Shown here: one piece after another, positions 16,331-30,789 of the stretch
Layout: every line of letters begins with the position of its first letter
Position numbering within the stretch: position 1 is the stretch's first letter
Source of the DNA: the human T2T-CHM13v2.0 reference genome, Homo sapiens
Assembly (NCBI RefSeq): GCF_009914755.1
Contig: NC_060944.1
Strand: one strand, 5' to 3'
DNA length: 64,000 bases
Program-made: the position numbers and the translations under genes
Notes under the pieces: model-generated
Told to the model about the DNA's origin: nothing
The model's input: the letters and a program-made list of their open reading frames with translations, nothing else
Database searches by the model: none

Positions 16331-16436
16331 GAGATGAGCCGTCACTCTACCACGACTGGATCTGATGAGGGACTGGGATTGACCCCTTCTTCCTCAAGAC
16401 ACTGAGGTTTCTATTTTCCCTATGCAAATCTCAGTC

Positions 16437-16740
16437 TTCTTCTTCTTTTTTTTTTTTTTGAGATGGAGTTTCGCTCTTGTTGCCTAGGCTGGAGTGCAGT
16501 GGTGCGATCTCGGCTCACTGCAGTTTCCACCTTCGGTTTCAAGGATTCTCCTGCCTCAGCCTCCTGAGTAGCTGGAATTACAGGCACCTGCTACCACGCC
16601 CAGCTAATTTTTGTATTTTTAGTAGAGTCGGGGTTTCGCCATGTTGCCCAGGCTGGCCTCAAACCCCTGACCTCAGGCGATCTGCCCGCCTCGGCCTCCC
16701 AAAGTGCTGGTATTACAGGCATGAGGCACCATGCCCAGCC
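16437..16740 (-). mobile_element. Alu (S-like)
   Basis: Full dimer; TSD AAA(T/G)CTCAGTCTT. Confidence 0.95.
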
Positions 16741-16782
16741 AAAGCTCAGTCTTAATTCAGATCAACATATAGTTTGTAAAGT

Positions 16783-17429
<647 letters not shown>

Positions 17430-19254
17430 TCAAGTTGTGTGATCTTGGGCGAGTTACTTAACTTCTTCAAGCCTCAGTTTCGCCATCTGCAATACTGGCC
17501 CAGAGCAATGTTTGGTGTATGATAGGTAGGGCTCCCTAAATGGCAGCTGAAATAGTTTTAACTTTTGTAGTAGAGTGAAAAAAAAAAAAAAAGTACAACC
17601 TTAACAATGGCCCCTAGGATCTCTATTAGAGAGAAAATTGTTTTTGTTTGTGAGAGCATTGTGCTAAGTTGCTGTTGGGGGAGGCTGGACTCTGGGGGAC
17701 GGGATGTTTGAGTCTGCACTGGGAGATCAGGAACCTGTGTGTTATAGGAGCAGGGAGGAGGCAGAGAAGTGGCAGGAGGCTGGGAATCAGGAGGGATGGA
17801 GTGGATGTGTGGCAGGCACTGAACATCCTCATTGGCTTGAACTGGAGCTTAGTTCTTCATCCATCCATCCATTCATTCACTCATAGATCCAACAGGCCTA
17901 TTTTGGCTGCATGGGTCCAAAAACCTAATTGAAGGAAAGAATTAATGACTTACGTGACAGAATCATAAGCCAGAGGTGAATCAAATCTGGCTTTAGGGAA
18001 AGCTGGATGCAGGGCTCTAGCTGAACAAAAGGATGAGGTTTCTCTCTCCTCTGTATTGGCCCCACATTTTCCCATCTCACAAGATGGCGGCCAGGAGCTC
18101 CAGGGCCACATGGGCTTCCTGATTCCAGAAGAAGGAAGCAGCAAGAACCTTCCGGGGATCCCGGTGTCAGTCTCCTTGTGAGTCTTTGGGTTAGACTGGG
18201 TCACGTGCTTATCCCCGAGCTCATGGAACAGAACGATCTGCTTGGCTCCGGCTCTCAATATTCCGCATGGGCTGGGCCAAAGAAATAAAGGAACAAAATA
18301 ACTGAAGGGTCAACAAATTGAGGAAACCAAGGAACATGGAGAAAGCTGAGTGGACGCTGGGTATGGAACAAGAGATGTCCACCATAACGAATTCACTCAA
18401 CCCTCTAGGGCTGGGCTCTGGGGGCAACAGAAAACAAGCTGAGCCCTCAGCCTGCATGGAGCTTACGTTCTATTGGAAGGAAACAGCCTCATCCCGACGG
18501 CCCTTCTCTCCCTCCCCTGGGGAGACTGGAGACAGAGCCTCCTCTCCCTCCTGGTCTGAGTCCAGCCCCAGGAAAGGAGTGAAATTAACTGTCCATTGTT
18601 TTAGTGACACTTCCTGGGAGCAACAAAGGGCCTTTCACAGTGAGAAAGTGAAGCAAGTAGATGCGGGATGACCTGGAAGTCACAGAATGTGGTTGTCGAG
18701 GTGCCAGATGGAAAATGCCCAACAGGTCATGTTCAGAAATTGGAGCTGAAACAGACACACTCTTGAAAAAATATCCATATATGGTTGGCATTTCAGATGC
18801 ACTTTGTGAAGTCAAGGACACTAGGCTGGGTACTCAGAAACAGGAAGCACCTAGAAGGTCTTGGAAAAATCAGTGAGCAATGGGATCCAAGTTCTCTTTC
18901 AGGTCCGCCCTCACTCTTCTGGGTTCATGCAGCTGTGGACCAAGGGAGAACTGAAGCACCTGGCATGTGGCCTCAGTCCCCATCCCTCTCCCTGCCATGC
19001 AAACCCCTCTCAATGGAGAATTCTAGGCAGAGGGAGTATCAAGAAAATAGACGGTGGAGGCCCGGAGCACGGAAGAATCAAGGGACTAAAAGCAGAGAGC
19101 AGAGAGGAGGACGGCAGGCGGGGGATGGGCCGGGCTGGTGAGCTGGGACAAAACTTAGAGGAGTTTGGAAGCCAAGGACATGAGCCTCTTCATTATCCCG
19201 AGAGCCCCCAGATGCTTGGTGGGAGTGAAGCTGGGGGGCGGGGGTCAGGGGGAC

Positions 19255-19655
19255 TGTGTTCATCTCCTAAGGCTGCCCTAAAACAACAGAAATCTATTCT
19301 CACACTTCTGGAGGCTACAAGTCAGAAACCAAGGTGCCGGCAGAGCCATGCTGCCTCCAAAGTCCTTCCTTGCCTGGTCTGGCTTCTGGTGGCTCCCATC
19401 CATCCTGGCATTCCTCAGTTTGCACCTGTGTTGCTCTCGTCTCTGCCTCCATCTTCAAATGGGCTTTGTTTGTGTATCTCTGTGTGTCCTCTCCTCTTCT
19501 TATAAGGACACCACTCACTGGGTTTAGTGTCCGCCCTAATCCAAAATAACCTCATCTTAACCAATTACGTCTGGGAAGCCCCTATTTTCAAATAGTCACA
19601 TTCTGAGGTTCTGGTGGACATGAATTTTGGAGGGAACACCATTCCATCAATGACA
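19255..19655 (-). mobile_element. MLT1B-like MaLR LTR
   Basis: AAACAACAGAAATCTATTCTCACACTTCTGGAGGC..TTATAAGGACACCA..GGACATGAATTTTGG. Confidence 0.8.
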
Positions 19656-19748
19656 GTGGCCAGTTATGATTTTCACTTGGCAAAAAGGACTCTAGCAGCA
19701 TAAAGAAGGCTTGAAGGAGGCCAGTTTGGAATCAGGAGACAGTTAGGA

Positions 19749-19953
19749 GGCAGGAGAGAGGTGGAGGGGGCCTAGGCCAGGATGGGGATGGCAGGAGAGA
19801 AGTGGAGGGGGCCTAGGCCAGGATGGGAATGGCAGGAGAGAGGTGGAGGAGGCCTAGGCCAGGATGGGGATGGCAGGAGAGAGGTGGAGGGGGCCTAGGC
19901 CAGGATGGGGATGGCAGGAGAGAGGTGGAGGAGGCCTAGGCCAGGATGGGGGT
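19749..19953 (+). repeat. 41-bp minisatellite, 5 copies
   Basis: GGCAGGAGAGAGGTGGAGGGGGCCTAGGCCAGGATGGGGAT starting at 19749, 19790, 19831, 19872, 19913. Confidence 0.95.
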
Positions 19954-20063
19954 GGTGACGAGGGAGGAAAGTACATGGCATTGAAAGATGTTGAGGAAGG
20001 AAAATCCAAAGGATGGGTGGGATGTGGGGCAGAGTGAAAGGTGGACTGTGATGACACCACCCA

Positions 20064-20364
20064 GGCCGAGTGTGGCGGCTCACACCTGCAATCTCAAAAC
20101 TTTGGGAGGCTGAGGAGGGAGGGTTGCTTGAGGCCAGGTGTTTGAGACCAACCTGGGCAACATAGACTTCACCTCTACAAAACAAAACAAAACAAAAAAC
20201 CACAAAATTAGACATGGGGTGCGCGCCTGTGGTCCCACCTACATGGGAGGCTGAGGCAGGAGGGTTGTTGAGCCCAGGAGCTCAATGCTGCAGTGAGCTG
20301 TGATCATGCCACTGCACTCCAGTCTGGGTGACACAGTGAGACCCCGTCTCAAACGGGAAAAAAA
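20064..20364 (+). mobile_element. AluJ-like
   Basis: Diverged dimer, TTGAGCCCAGGAG..GCTGCAGTGAGCTGTGATC. Confidence 0.9.
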
Positions 20365-20979
20365 TGGAGACTCCCCAGATTTCTGGGTGGCTTATCAGCC
20401 TTATCTTCTGGGAATAAAATTTGGTGAGGCTTAGGATATGATAGAAAATAGACAGGCAGAGGCAAAGAAAGAAATGCTCTTTAAAAAGAGAGAGAAGAAA
20501 GCCTGAGCTTGCTGACACCCCACGAGATTTGCCCATGAGCTGCAGGAGTTCGCTTGGCCACTCCTAAACCTCTTGGCTCAGCGCGTGGGCACCACTCAGA
20601 AGCTGATGACAGCCCTCCATAGAATAAATAACCCTCCCTGTGAGCTCATTCTTCAATCAGGCCCCTCCTCGTCACTCACTCTGGCCCACGGACCAGGGGG
20701 ATTGCTGGGGACATAGCCGAATGTAGCATCCGGTGGCTCGGGGGCCAGGACCGCTGGCGCAGTGATGAGCCTCCTCCTCCTCGCTTGCTCTCTGGGGTCA
20801 CAGCCAGACACGGGGGCAGGGGCAGGTCTTCAGGGCTAGGGTCTCTGACCCAAAATGCTGGGAGGGTTTCCTCCATTGCAGTTCCCTTCGGAGCTCCTGG
20901 CGACTCAGAGATAAAGACCACAGAGGCTGCCCTTGGGCTGCCTGGGTTTGCCTGGAATCTGGGTGCATTTCTTGGGGCT

Positions 20980-21380
20980 CCCAGGACACACTAACATGAA
21001 CTTGGTGGCTTAGAACAACAGAAACCTATTGCCCCACAGTTCTGGAGGCCAGAAGCCTGAAGTCAGTATCATTGTGCTGAAATCATGGTGTGGGCCGGGC
21101 TGCGCTCCCTCCGGAGGCCCCAGGGGAGGCCCCTTGCCTGGCCTAGCTTCTGATGGTTCCTGATGTCACTTGACTTGTGGCCACTGCAATCTTCAAATCC
21201 CACGTCTCCATCTCTCCTTCTGCCCTCCTCTTCTTAGAATGCATGTGATTGCAGTTAGGGCCCCCTTGGCTAATCCAGGATCACCCCCATCTCCAGCTCT
21301 TTAACCACACCTGCAATGATCCTCTTTTAGAAGGTAACATTTACAGGTTCTGGGGATTAGGACCTGCTACGTCCTGGGGG
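20980..21380 (-). mobile_element. MLT1C/D-like MaLR LTR
   Basis: GGTGGCTTAGAACAACAGAAA..CACAGTTCTGGAGGCCAGAAG..TAATCCAGGATCA..ACAGGTTCTGGGGATTAGGAC. Confidence 0.8.
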
Positions 21381-21487
21381 GGCTTTTATTCTATTTCCTG
21401 CAAACTCCTTCACTTACAAGCTGTGTGGGCAAGACACTTATCCTCCCCGTGCCTCAGTTTCCTCATATAAAAATAGCTGATACTCTG

Positions 21488-21775
21488 CTTTTTGTTTTTT
21501 ATTTTTTTAAGACAGAGTCTTGCTCTGTTGCCCAGGCTGGAATGCAGTGATGTGTGATGACCGCTCACTGCAGCCTTGACCTCTCAGGCTCAAGTGATCC
21601 TCCTGCCTCAGCCCCCGGAGTAGCTGGGACTATAGGTGCATGCCATCATGCCCAGCTCCTTTTGTATTGTTTGCAGAGACAGGATTTCGCCGTGTTGCCC
21701 AGACTGGCCTTCAACTCCTGAGTGCATAGACCTGCCCACCTCAACCTCCCACAGGTGTGAGCCACCACACCCAGC
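21488..21775 (-). mobile_element. AluJ-like
   Basis: Diverged dimer. Confidence 0.9.
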
Positions 21776-22126
21776 TGACGCTCCGCTTTTTAACAAAAGA
21801 ACCCACAATCTCTAGCTGGCCACAACGTCGTTCAAATACAGACAGCATTTTCCAGGCCCCCTTGCAGCTTCACAAGACCACGTGCCCAAGTCCAGCCAAT
21901 GGGACGTAAGCAGGGGTTGATGTGTAGGGCTTCTGGGCAGGGTCCTACTCCTTTCCTTTCCTCATTTATGCCATGATGTTTAGAGGACTGGGACCGCCAT
22001 CTTAGACCATGAGGTGAATTTGGGAGTGGAGGCCAACACGTCATAGGTTTTTATGAAGATTAAATAAGAGGCGCACATGGAGCCTTGAGGAGGGGCCTGA
22101 CACGCACACATGATCCATGGGGGCTT

Positions 22127-23120
22127 ATTTCTCTTTCCCTACCGCTCCTTCTTCCCCCTCTTCCCCTTCCCCCTTCCCCTCTACCTCTTTTCTTCCTCTC
22201 CCCTCCTCCTCCCCGTCCTTTGTTCCTCCCCTCTTCCTCTTCCCACTCCCCTCCCGGCTTCTCTTCCCCCTTTTCCTGTCTTCCTTCCTCTCCCTCTCTT
22301 TCTGTCCCTCCCCTTCCATCCCCTCTCCCTCCTCTCCCTCCTCTCCCTCCTCCTCCCCCTTTCCCTCCTCCTTCCCCTCTTCCTCCTCTCCTTCCTCTCC
22401 CTCCTCCTCTTCCTCCTCTCCCTCCTCCTCCCCCTTTCCCTCCTCCTTCCCCTCTTCCTCCTCTCCTTCCTCTCCCTCCTCCTCTCCCTCCTCTCCCTCC
22501 TCCTCCCCCTTTCCCTCCTCCTTCCCCTCTTCCTCCTCTCCTTCCTCTCCCTCCTCCTCTTCCTCCTCTCCCTCCTCCTCCCCCTTTCCCTCCTCCTTCC
22601 CCTCTTCCTCCTCTCCTTCCTCTCCCTCCTCTCCCTCCTCCTCCCCCTTTCCCTCCTCCTTCCCCTCTTCCTCCTCTCCTTCCTCTCCCTCCTCCTCTTC
22701 CTCCTCCCCTCTCTCCTCCTCCTCTCCCTCCTCCTCCTCTCCCTCCTCTCCCTCCTCCTCCTCTCTCTCCTCTCCCTCCTCCTCCTCTCCCTCCTCTCCC
22801 TCCTCCTCCTCTCCCTCCTCTCCCTCCTCCTCCTCTCCCTCCTCCTCCTCTCCCTCCTCCTCCTCTCCCTCCTCTTCCTCCTCCTATCCCTCCTCCTTCT
22901 CCTCTCCCCCTCCTCTCCCTTTCCATCCTCTCCCTCCCCATCCTCCTCTCCTTCCCCCACCTCCTCTCCCTCCCTCTCCTCCTCCTCTCCCTCTCCCTCC
23001 TCCTCCTCTTCCTCTCCCTCCTCCTCTCCCTCCTCCTCTCCTCCTTTCCCTTCTCCTCTCTCTCCTCCCCTTCCTCCTCCTCTCCCTTCTCCTCCTCCCC
23101 TCCCTCCTCCTCTCCTCCTT
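22127..23120 (+). repeat. ~1-kb CT-rich low-complexity tract / VNTR with 75-bp and 24-bp units
   Basis: No purine from 22319 to 22885; TTT landmark recurs at 22360, 22435, 22510, 22585, 22648. Confidence 0.95.
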
Positions 23121-23928
23121 GCTGCTGTTTTACTTCTGCGTCTGGGGTTGCAGATCCCACAGGCAACCTTGCGGACAGCATGCGGCCTCTGACAAGTGTT
23201 TCAGGGGCTCCTTGAGCGGTGTGTTTACACACGCCACACCCACAGCTTGCTTTTTTTAGTCATTCTTTATTAGTAATAAAAACAACGCATTACTAAGCAA
23301 GCCACTGCACTGGGCACTTAACATGCCTTGTTTCCAAACTCTCCAGCAATTACTAGGTAAAATTATTATATTGAATCTTGTGTTATCTTTATGAAAGTCA
23401 TAGCTATCATTCCCTAATTTAAAGATGAAGATATTGAGGATCAGAGAGGATGTTGCCCGTTCACAGTCCCACAGCTTGTTGTGTTGGAATCAGGGGTCAA
23501 ACCAACTCTTACCCTTGACTTGGGCTTCCTTCCATGGTAATGTATGGAGCCCGCACAGGGAACTGGCTCTGTGTTAATAAATATTGGGGTTACTAAGGTG
23601 AAAAAGATCAACCTCCACCTTCGAGGAATTCCTCATGGAAGGGTTATGCTGCGCTGGGAGACTGTTTGGGGTCAGGTGCTTGAGGTGGTTTCCTGGAGAA
23701 GACATGATTTGAACGGAGCCACAGAGAATGGATAGGGTGTGTATAGACAGAAAACGGAGTGAGCTGGGAGTGGCTGGGAGGCTGTGAGCTGGACATGGCT
23801 GGGAGGCTGGGGGTGCTGGAAAATCAGGAGGTGGACAGTTTGTCCTGGGGTGAGGATCTTGAGTCTACACAAAGTAATGCTTCCTCCTTTTAATCAGAGA
23901 TTATGAATTTCTTTCTCTTCCAAGAAAG

Positions 23929-24244
23929 TTTTGCTTTGTTTTATTTTTTTGACAGGGTCTCACTCTGTCATCGAGGCTGGAGTGCAGTGGCATGATAAGG
24001 GCTCACTGCAGCCTTGACCTCCCAGACTCAAGCGATCCTTCTGCCTCAGTCCCCAGAGTAGCTGGGACTGCAGGCGTGACTGCAGGCATGCACCACCACA
24101 CCCAGCTAATTTTTTGTATTTTTAGTAGAGATGAGGTTATGCCATGTTGCCCAGGCTGGTCTTGAGCTCCTGGACTCAAGCAATCTGCCTGCCTCAGCCC
24201 CCTCAAAGTGCTTGGATTACAGACATGAGACACTGTGCCCAGCC
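23929..24244 (-). mobile_element. AluJ-like
   Basis: Diverged dimer with a small internal GACTGCAGGC duplication. Confidence 0.9.
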
Positions 24245-24506
24245 ATTCTTTAATTTATGTAAATGGAATGCATATTCACTGGGAGGAATGTGGAATATGC
24301 AGACAGTCACAGAGCAGGCCTCTCCACCGGAGACTTCCTGCTGTCAGGTCAGCAGCAGGCGTGGCTCACCACCGGGAGCCCTTCCCAGCACCGGGCACCC
24401 TGCTGTTCACTCGCCACTCACCCCTATATTCCCAGACATGCAAACTGATATACTGTAGATGGGCACAACCCTCTGTGTCTTCTTGTAATATTAAAAAAAA
24501 ATTGGG

Positions 24507-25491
<985 letters not shown>

Positions 25492-25695
25492 TCACCAAGT
25501 TTCCCCAAATGGTAAGTTCGTGCATAACCAGAGTGCAGTATCACAATCAGGAAGTGGACGTCGATACAAGCCTCCCACCCAGTTGGATGCCCCCAGTTGT
25601 TCCTGCAGGCGCTTGTGTGTATTTAGTCCTGTATCATTTTATCACACGTGTAGGTTGGTGCGACCCACACCACAGGTCAAGATGCGGGACGGTTC

Positions 25696-26050
25696 TGTCT
25701 TAGTCAGTTTGGGCTGCTGTAACAAGTAACACCCTAGACCGGGTGGATACAGCAGTCTGTATTTACTTCTCACAGTTCTGGATGCTGAGAAGTCCAAGAT
25801 CAAGCTGCTGGCAGACCCAGTATCTATGACCCAGCAAGATCACAATGTGCTTAACCTTGGATCCTTGGTTGGCAGCTATCCACCCTCTGGTCGTGTCCTC
25901 ACCAAGGCCAGAAGGAAAATCATCTCTCTGCTGTCTCTTGTAATCCCAAATTTGAGGGCCCCACCTTCATGACCTAATCACCTCTCAAAGGCCCCACCTC
26001 CTAATACCATCCGAATACCGTCACACTGAGAATTAGGCTTGTATATGTGA
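25696..26050 (-). mobile_element. MLT1A/MST-type MaLR LTR
   Basis: TGTCTTAGTCAGTTTGGGCTGCTGTAACAA..CATGACCTAATCACCTCTCAAAGGCCCCACCTCCTAATACCATC. Confidence 0.8.
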
Positions 26051-26205
26051 ATCTGCATGATGGAAGCGTGCTGTTTGTATCAAGCTCCATCACATCCACC
26101 CCTCATCTGCCCTTTCTACAGCCACAGTCGCTTTCCATTCCTTTCCATCCTGACAGCCACTCATCTGTTCTCCACCTCTATAATTTTGTCACTAAAAGAA
26201 TATTA

Positions 26206-26580
<375 letters not shown>

Positions 26581-27389
26581 TCAGATTTTTTTTTACACAG
26601 CAGAATGCCCTTGGGTCTCCATGTAATTTTGCGTTCTATAGCGTGAGGATTGTATTCAAGTACACAGCAAGATCACAATGTGTTTAACTCCCTCCTGCTG
26701 TGTAGGTTATTTTCACTTAAACATTATTTTGAATTATGCTGTGGCAAATATCCTTGAAGCTGAGTATACACTTGTATAATAAGGATTTATTTCTTAAGAC
26801 AGGTTCCTTGCACTGGACTTGCTGGGTCAGTGGTCTCGCCAGATTTTAAAGGCATTTCACCTAATTGCCCACTACAAGCAAGGTTCTCATTTTTACCCCT
26901 CCAGCTGGTGAGGGAGACATTTTGGCTCCCTACATCCTTGCATCCTTTCTTAAGGAGAAAACTCCTGTCCCCTGAAGCTCATCTCAGGCCCAGGACTGCT
27001 AAGAGTGGACAGAAAGGGGAAGAGAGCAGAGGAGCCACTTGAGCATCAGTGAGAGAGGGGACGGGGCCTGCTCTCTGGCCGGGCTCTGCAGCACAGGGTC
27101 CCAGTTTAGATGGAGAATTATGTGACAACCCTACCGATAGGACATGGGGAAGGAGTAGACCCTTCTCTGCCTTCTCCTTCTCAGCCTCCTGGACCTCTTA
27201 TTTCACTTAAAAGACATCATCACAGTGCAGGGGTCACAGGCATAGACAGGGGGCCGGACAGCTCGCAGAAATGGTGATGGAAGGAAAACATGCCCCCACT
27301 CCTTTCTCCCGAGACACTCAGCCCTCTTCTCCAGCGCTCTGCCTCCCTCCCCAGGCTTTCACAGAGGCAAGAGCACTGCGAGAAAGTCT

Positions 27390-27770
27390 CTTTCCCCTTC
27401 ACCAGGACCGCCCAGACATGCTCCAGCCTCAGGGCCTTTGTCTCTGCCGGTCCCTCCAGCTGGTGGGCTCTTCCCGTGCTCACCCCTCCCCTTCTGCAGG
27501 TTTTCCCCAGCGCCACCTTCCCAGTGAGGCCTTCCTTCCTTACCCGCCCACAGCACTCTTAACCCATTTTCCTGCTGAAATTTTCCTGTTAGCGTTTATC
27601 ACCAGCCACAAGCTATGCATTTTATGTATTCATATATATTTGCAATCTGTTTTTTTCTGTTTTTGCTGTCTTGTTCCATGCTTTATTCTCAGTGCCAAGA
27701 ACAATGCCTGATGTGCAGGAAGCACTCAAAATGTCTTATTGAATGAATGAGTGAATGAATCAACCCATGA
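27390..27770 (+). mobile_element. L2 3' end
   Basis: GCCTCAGGGCCTTTG..AGTGCCAAGAACAATGCCTG..TTGAATGAATGAGTGAATGAAT. Confidence 0.75.
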
Positions 27771-27816
27771 ATGGGTGGATGAAAGACCAGACAAATAAAC
27801 AGTGAATGGAAGCAGT

Positions 27817-28268
27817 AGAAGGAAGGAAGGAAGGAAAGAAAAAAGAAAAAGAAAGAAGGGAGAAAGAGAGAAAAAAGAAAAGAAAAAAGGGAAGGAAGAA
27901 AATAAAGGAAAATAAAAAAAGAAAGAAAGGGAAAATGGAAAGAAAGAAAAATAAAGGAAGGAGGGAAGGAAGGAAACAAAGAAAGGAAAAAAGGAAAGAA
28001 AGAAAAATAAAGAAACAAAGGAAGGAGGGAAGGAAGGAAAGAAAGAAAGAGAAGGAAGAAAGAAGGAAAGAAAGAAAAAGGAAAAAAGGAAAGAAAGAAA
28101 AATAAATGAAGGAGGGAAGGAAGGAAAGAAAGAAGGGAAAAAAGAAAAATAAATGAAGGAGGGAAAGAAGGAAGAAAAAATAAAAGAAAGAGAAAGAAAG
28201 AAGGAAGGAAGGGAGGGAGGAAGGAAGAAAAAAAGAAAGAAAGAAAAAAGGAAGGAAGAAAGAAAGAA
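27817..28268 (+). repeat. GA-rich low-complexity tract (GGAA/GAAA)
   Basis: ~450 bp, almost purely purine. Confidence 0.95.
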
Positions 28269-29840
28269 CTCTACCATAAGCAAAGCTGTCCTGGCATATG
28301 TGGCATCTGGCAGGCAGCAAGTCTAGACTGGGGAACAAAAGGGACTGTTGAGGCCTGGGGTAAACCAATGTGTTTTGGTCTACAGCGGGCACCTGCCATC
28401 CCACTCCAGCCCACGGCTACTTGGTCTTCAGTTTTTCAGGACTGAGCAGAAAAATCTCAACTTACATTAGCATAACCATCTAAAGTTGCCAGTATTTGAT
28501 CATTTCTTAACCCACAGAAATAGTAATCCCATGTGATTCAAACTTAATGCGCAATTCCTTCCAACTTAAATTGTTGCCAATAAATTAATAGTAACAACAC
28601 CATTAACAGTAACCCACTGACTGCTTGGGCCAAAGGGACACATCTGTGAGGTGGGGTCCTCCCAGGGCCACTGCTTTGCAAGCTCCACAGAGGCCTGGAG
28701 CAGCCAGTTGCCATCCCCCAAAGCCAAATGCGGAGCCCTGCTTTGGGCCAGGAGCTTGGTCTAGCCACCTGTGTGCAGAGAGGAGCTGGGCTGGCAGGCA
28801 CGAGAGGTGGTGATGTGCGACATGCAGGGTGAATCCCTCCTCCAGGGGTGGGGGCTCAGGTTCTTGACCAGCGAGAGACCCGGCCTCTCCCTGCTGGAGC
28901 CCCAGGTGCCAACTGCAAGCCCTTGCAAGGAGCACCCATCTCAGCGAGAGGCTCTGCCCCCAGCGGATCTCCGGGAGCCAGCAAGAGGCAGGTATCACCT
29001 TTGCCAGGCCCAGACTCAGCCAGTTTTGCTCCCGGGGCTGTGATTTCATCAGGTGGCGAGAGCTTGTCAGCACTGGTGCTGCGTGTAGTCAGATGGATGC
29101 ACAGATGTTTGAAACTCGGAAAGGTGCTAAAGAGGCTTCTGGGCAATTAAGGGAGTTGGGGGAAGAAGAATCTTCTAGCAGTAAAACAACCAGTCACCCA
29201 GCACCATAAGGGGCCTTGACGGGACTGAAAAGTGGGCCTATCCATGTGAAGGGCTGCGTCAGGCATGAGCCTTCCCTCACAGCATCATGACGGGGCTCAC
29301 TACACAGGGCCCAGCCCAAGGGGTTCAAGTCTCCCCTTCAAGGGCAAGTAGGGAGGCTCCCCCTCCCCACCCTGCTGGGCATTCCAGGATCTCCCATCCC
29401 CTTTGGGTTTGACATAGGTCCCAGGTGCTGACAGTTCATTCGGTTGTTCATTCCCCGACTGTCTCATTCATTCAGAAGCACATGTACATTAAACATCTAC
29501 CACAAGGGATCCTTAAGGGAACAGGAGACAAAGCTCTGGTCTTCTGGCTCCCGCATTTGAGTGGGGCGGATGGCAGACAGTAAACAAGTGGATATGCCAT
29601 ATGAGGTGGGGAGTTGTGGGAAGTTTTTCTCCAAGAGAAGGCGGGGTGGTCAGTGGGAGAGAGTTCTGGGCTGACTTTGCACATGCAGAAAATGGTCACA
29701 CTCAGTGCACACATGCAACACACACACAGAGAAAGAGGGAGAGGGAGTCAGAAAACCTATAGGGAATCTCTTAATTTTACATTCATGGAAGTTGGCCACA
29801 TTCTAAATAACCACATTTTATTCCATGGCTTCATATGATC

Positions 29841-30203
<363 letters not shown>

Positions 30204-30646
30204 TAGGGCCTCAGTCAAGGCCCACTCATCAAGCCCTTCCCTGGAGGTGCCCATCTGGGACTTTCTGGAATAAGATTCCAGCCACCAGCCCATCCAGGAA
30301 ACCCCGCGCACCTCCCTCGGGCCGTCTTCACTCCTCTGCAGCCCTCGTGTCTTGTGCTGTAGACCTGGAAGGTCCATACACATCAAAGCCCAAGTTGCTC
30401 AAAACCAAACCCTGGGCTCCTGTTCTAGATGTTGAATCGGGGTATGCTCAAGGGTCAGCCGCTGCTACAGGCCAGGGAAAGTGTTTGCCTTTCGATGGGT
30501 GTTTGTGGGCGTGAGGGGGAGCTGTCCTTCCCTCTCATCAAAGATTGGAGTTTTCTAATGCAAGAAAGAAAAAGGAAGGAGAGAAAATCATTTAGGCATC
30601 ACATTAAACAGGGACATAACAGAGGTTAAGAATATAGGGCCTGGTG

Positions 30647-30787
30647 GGCCAGGCGCAGTGGCTCACTCCTGTAATCCTAGAACTTTGGGAGGCCGAGGTG
30701 GGTGGATCACTTGAGCCCAGGAGTTCAAGACCAGCCTGGAGAACATGAAGAAACCTTGTCTCTACAAAAAATACAAAAATAAAAAAA
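30647..30787 (+). mobile_element. Alu left monomer (FLAM/AluJ-like)
   Basis: Single arm plus A tail. Confidence 0.9.
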
Positions 30788-30789
30788 GA

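Noticed and set aside
19749-19953. CRISPR-like regularly spaced repeats with a palindrome
   Set aside because: Units are contiguous with no unique spacers, the context is eukaryotic and there are no cas genes
22060-23259. ORFs of 259-390 aa (RGG-rich, poly-Pro, Ser/Pro, Leu-rich)
   Set aside because: A C/T-only tract cannot contain stop codons on either strand, so all frames are open. There is no codon or splice evidence.
27689-28404. Phe/Ser/Leu-rich and Lys/Arg/Glu-rich ORFs
   Set aside because: Translations of the GA-rich low-complexity tract
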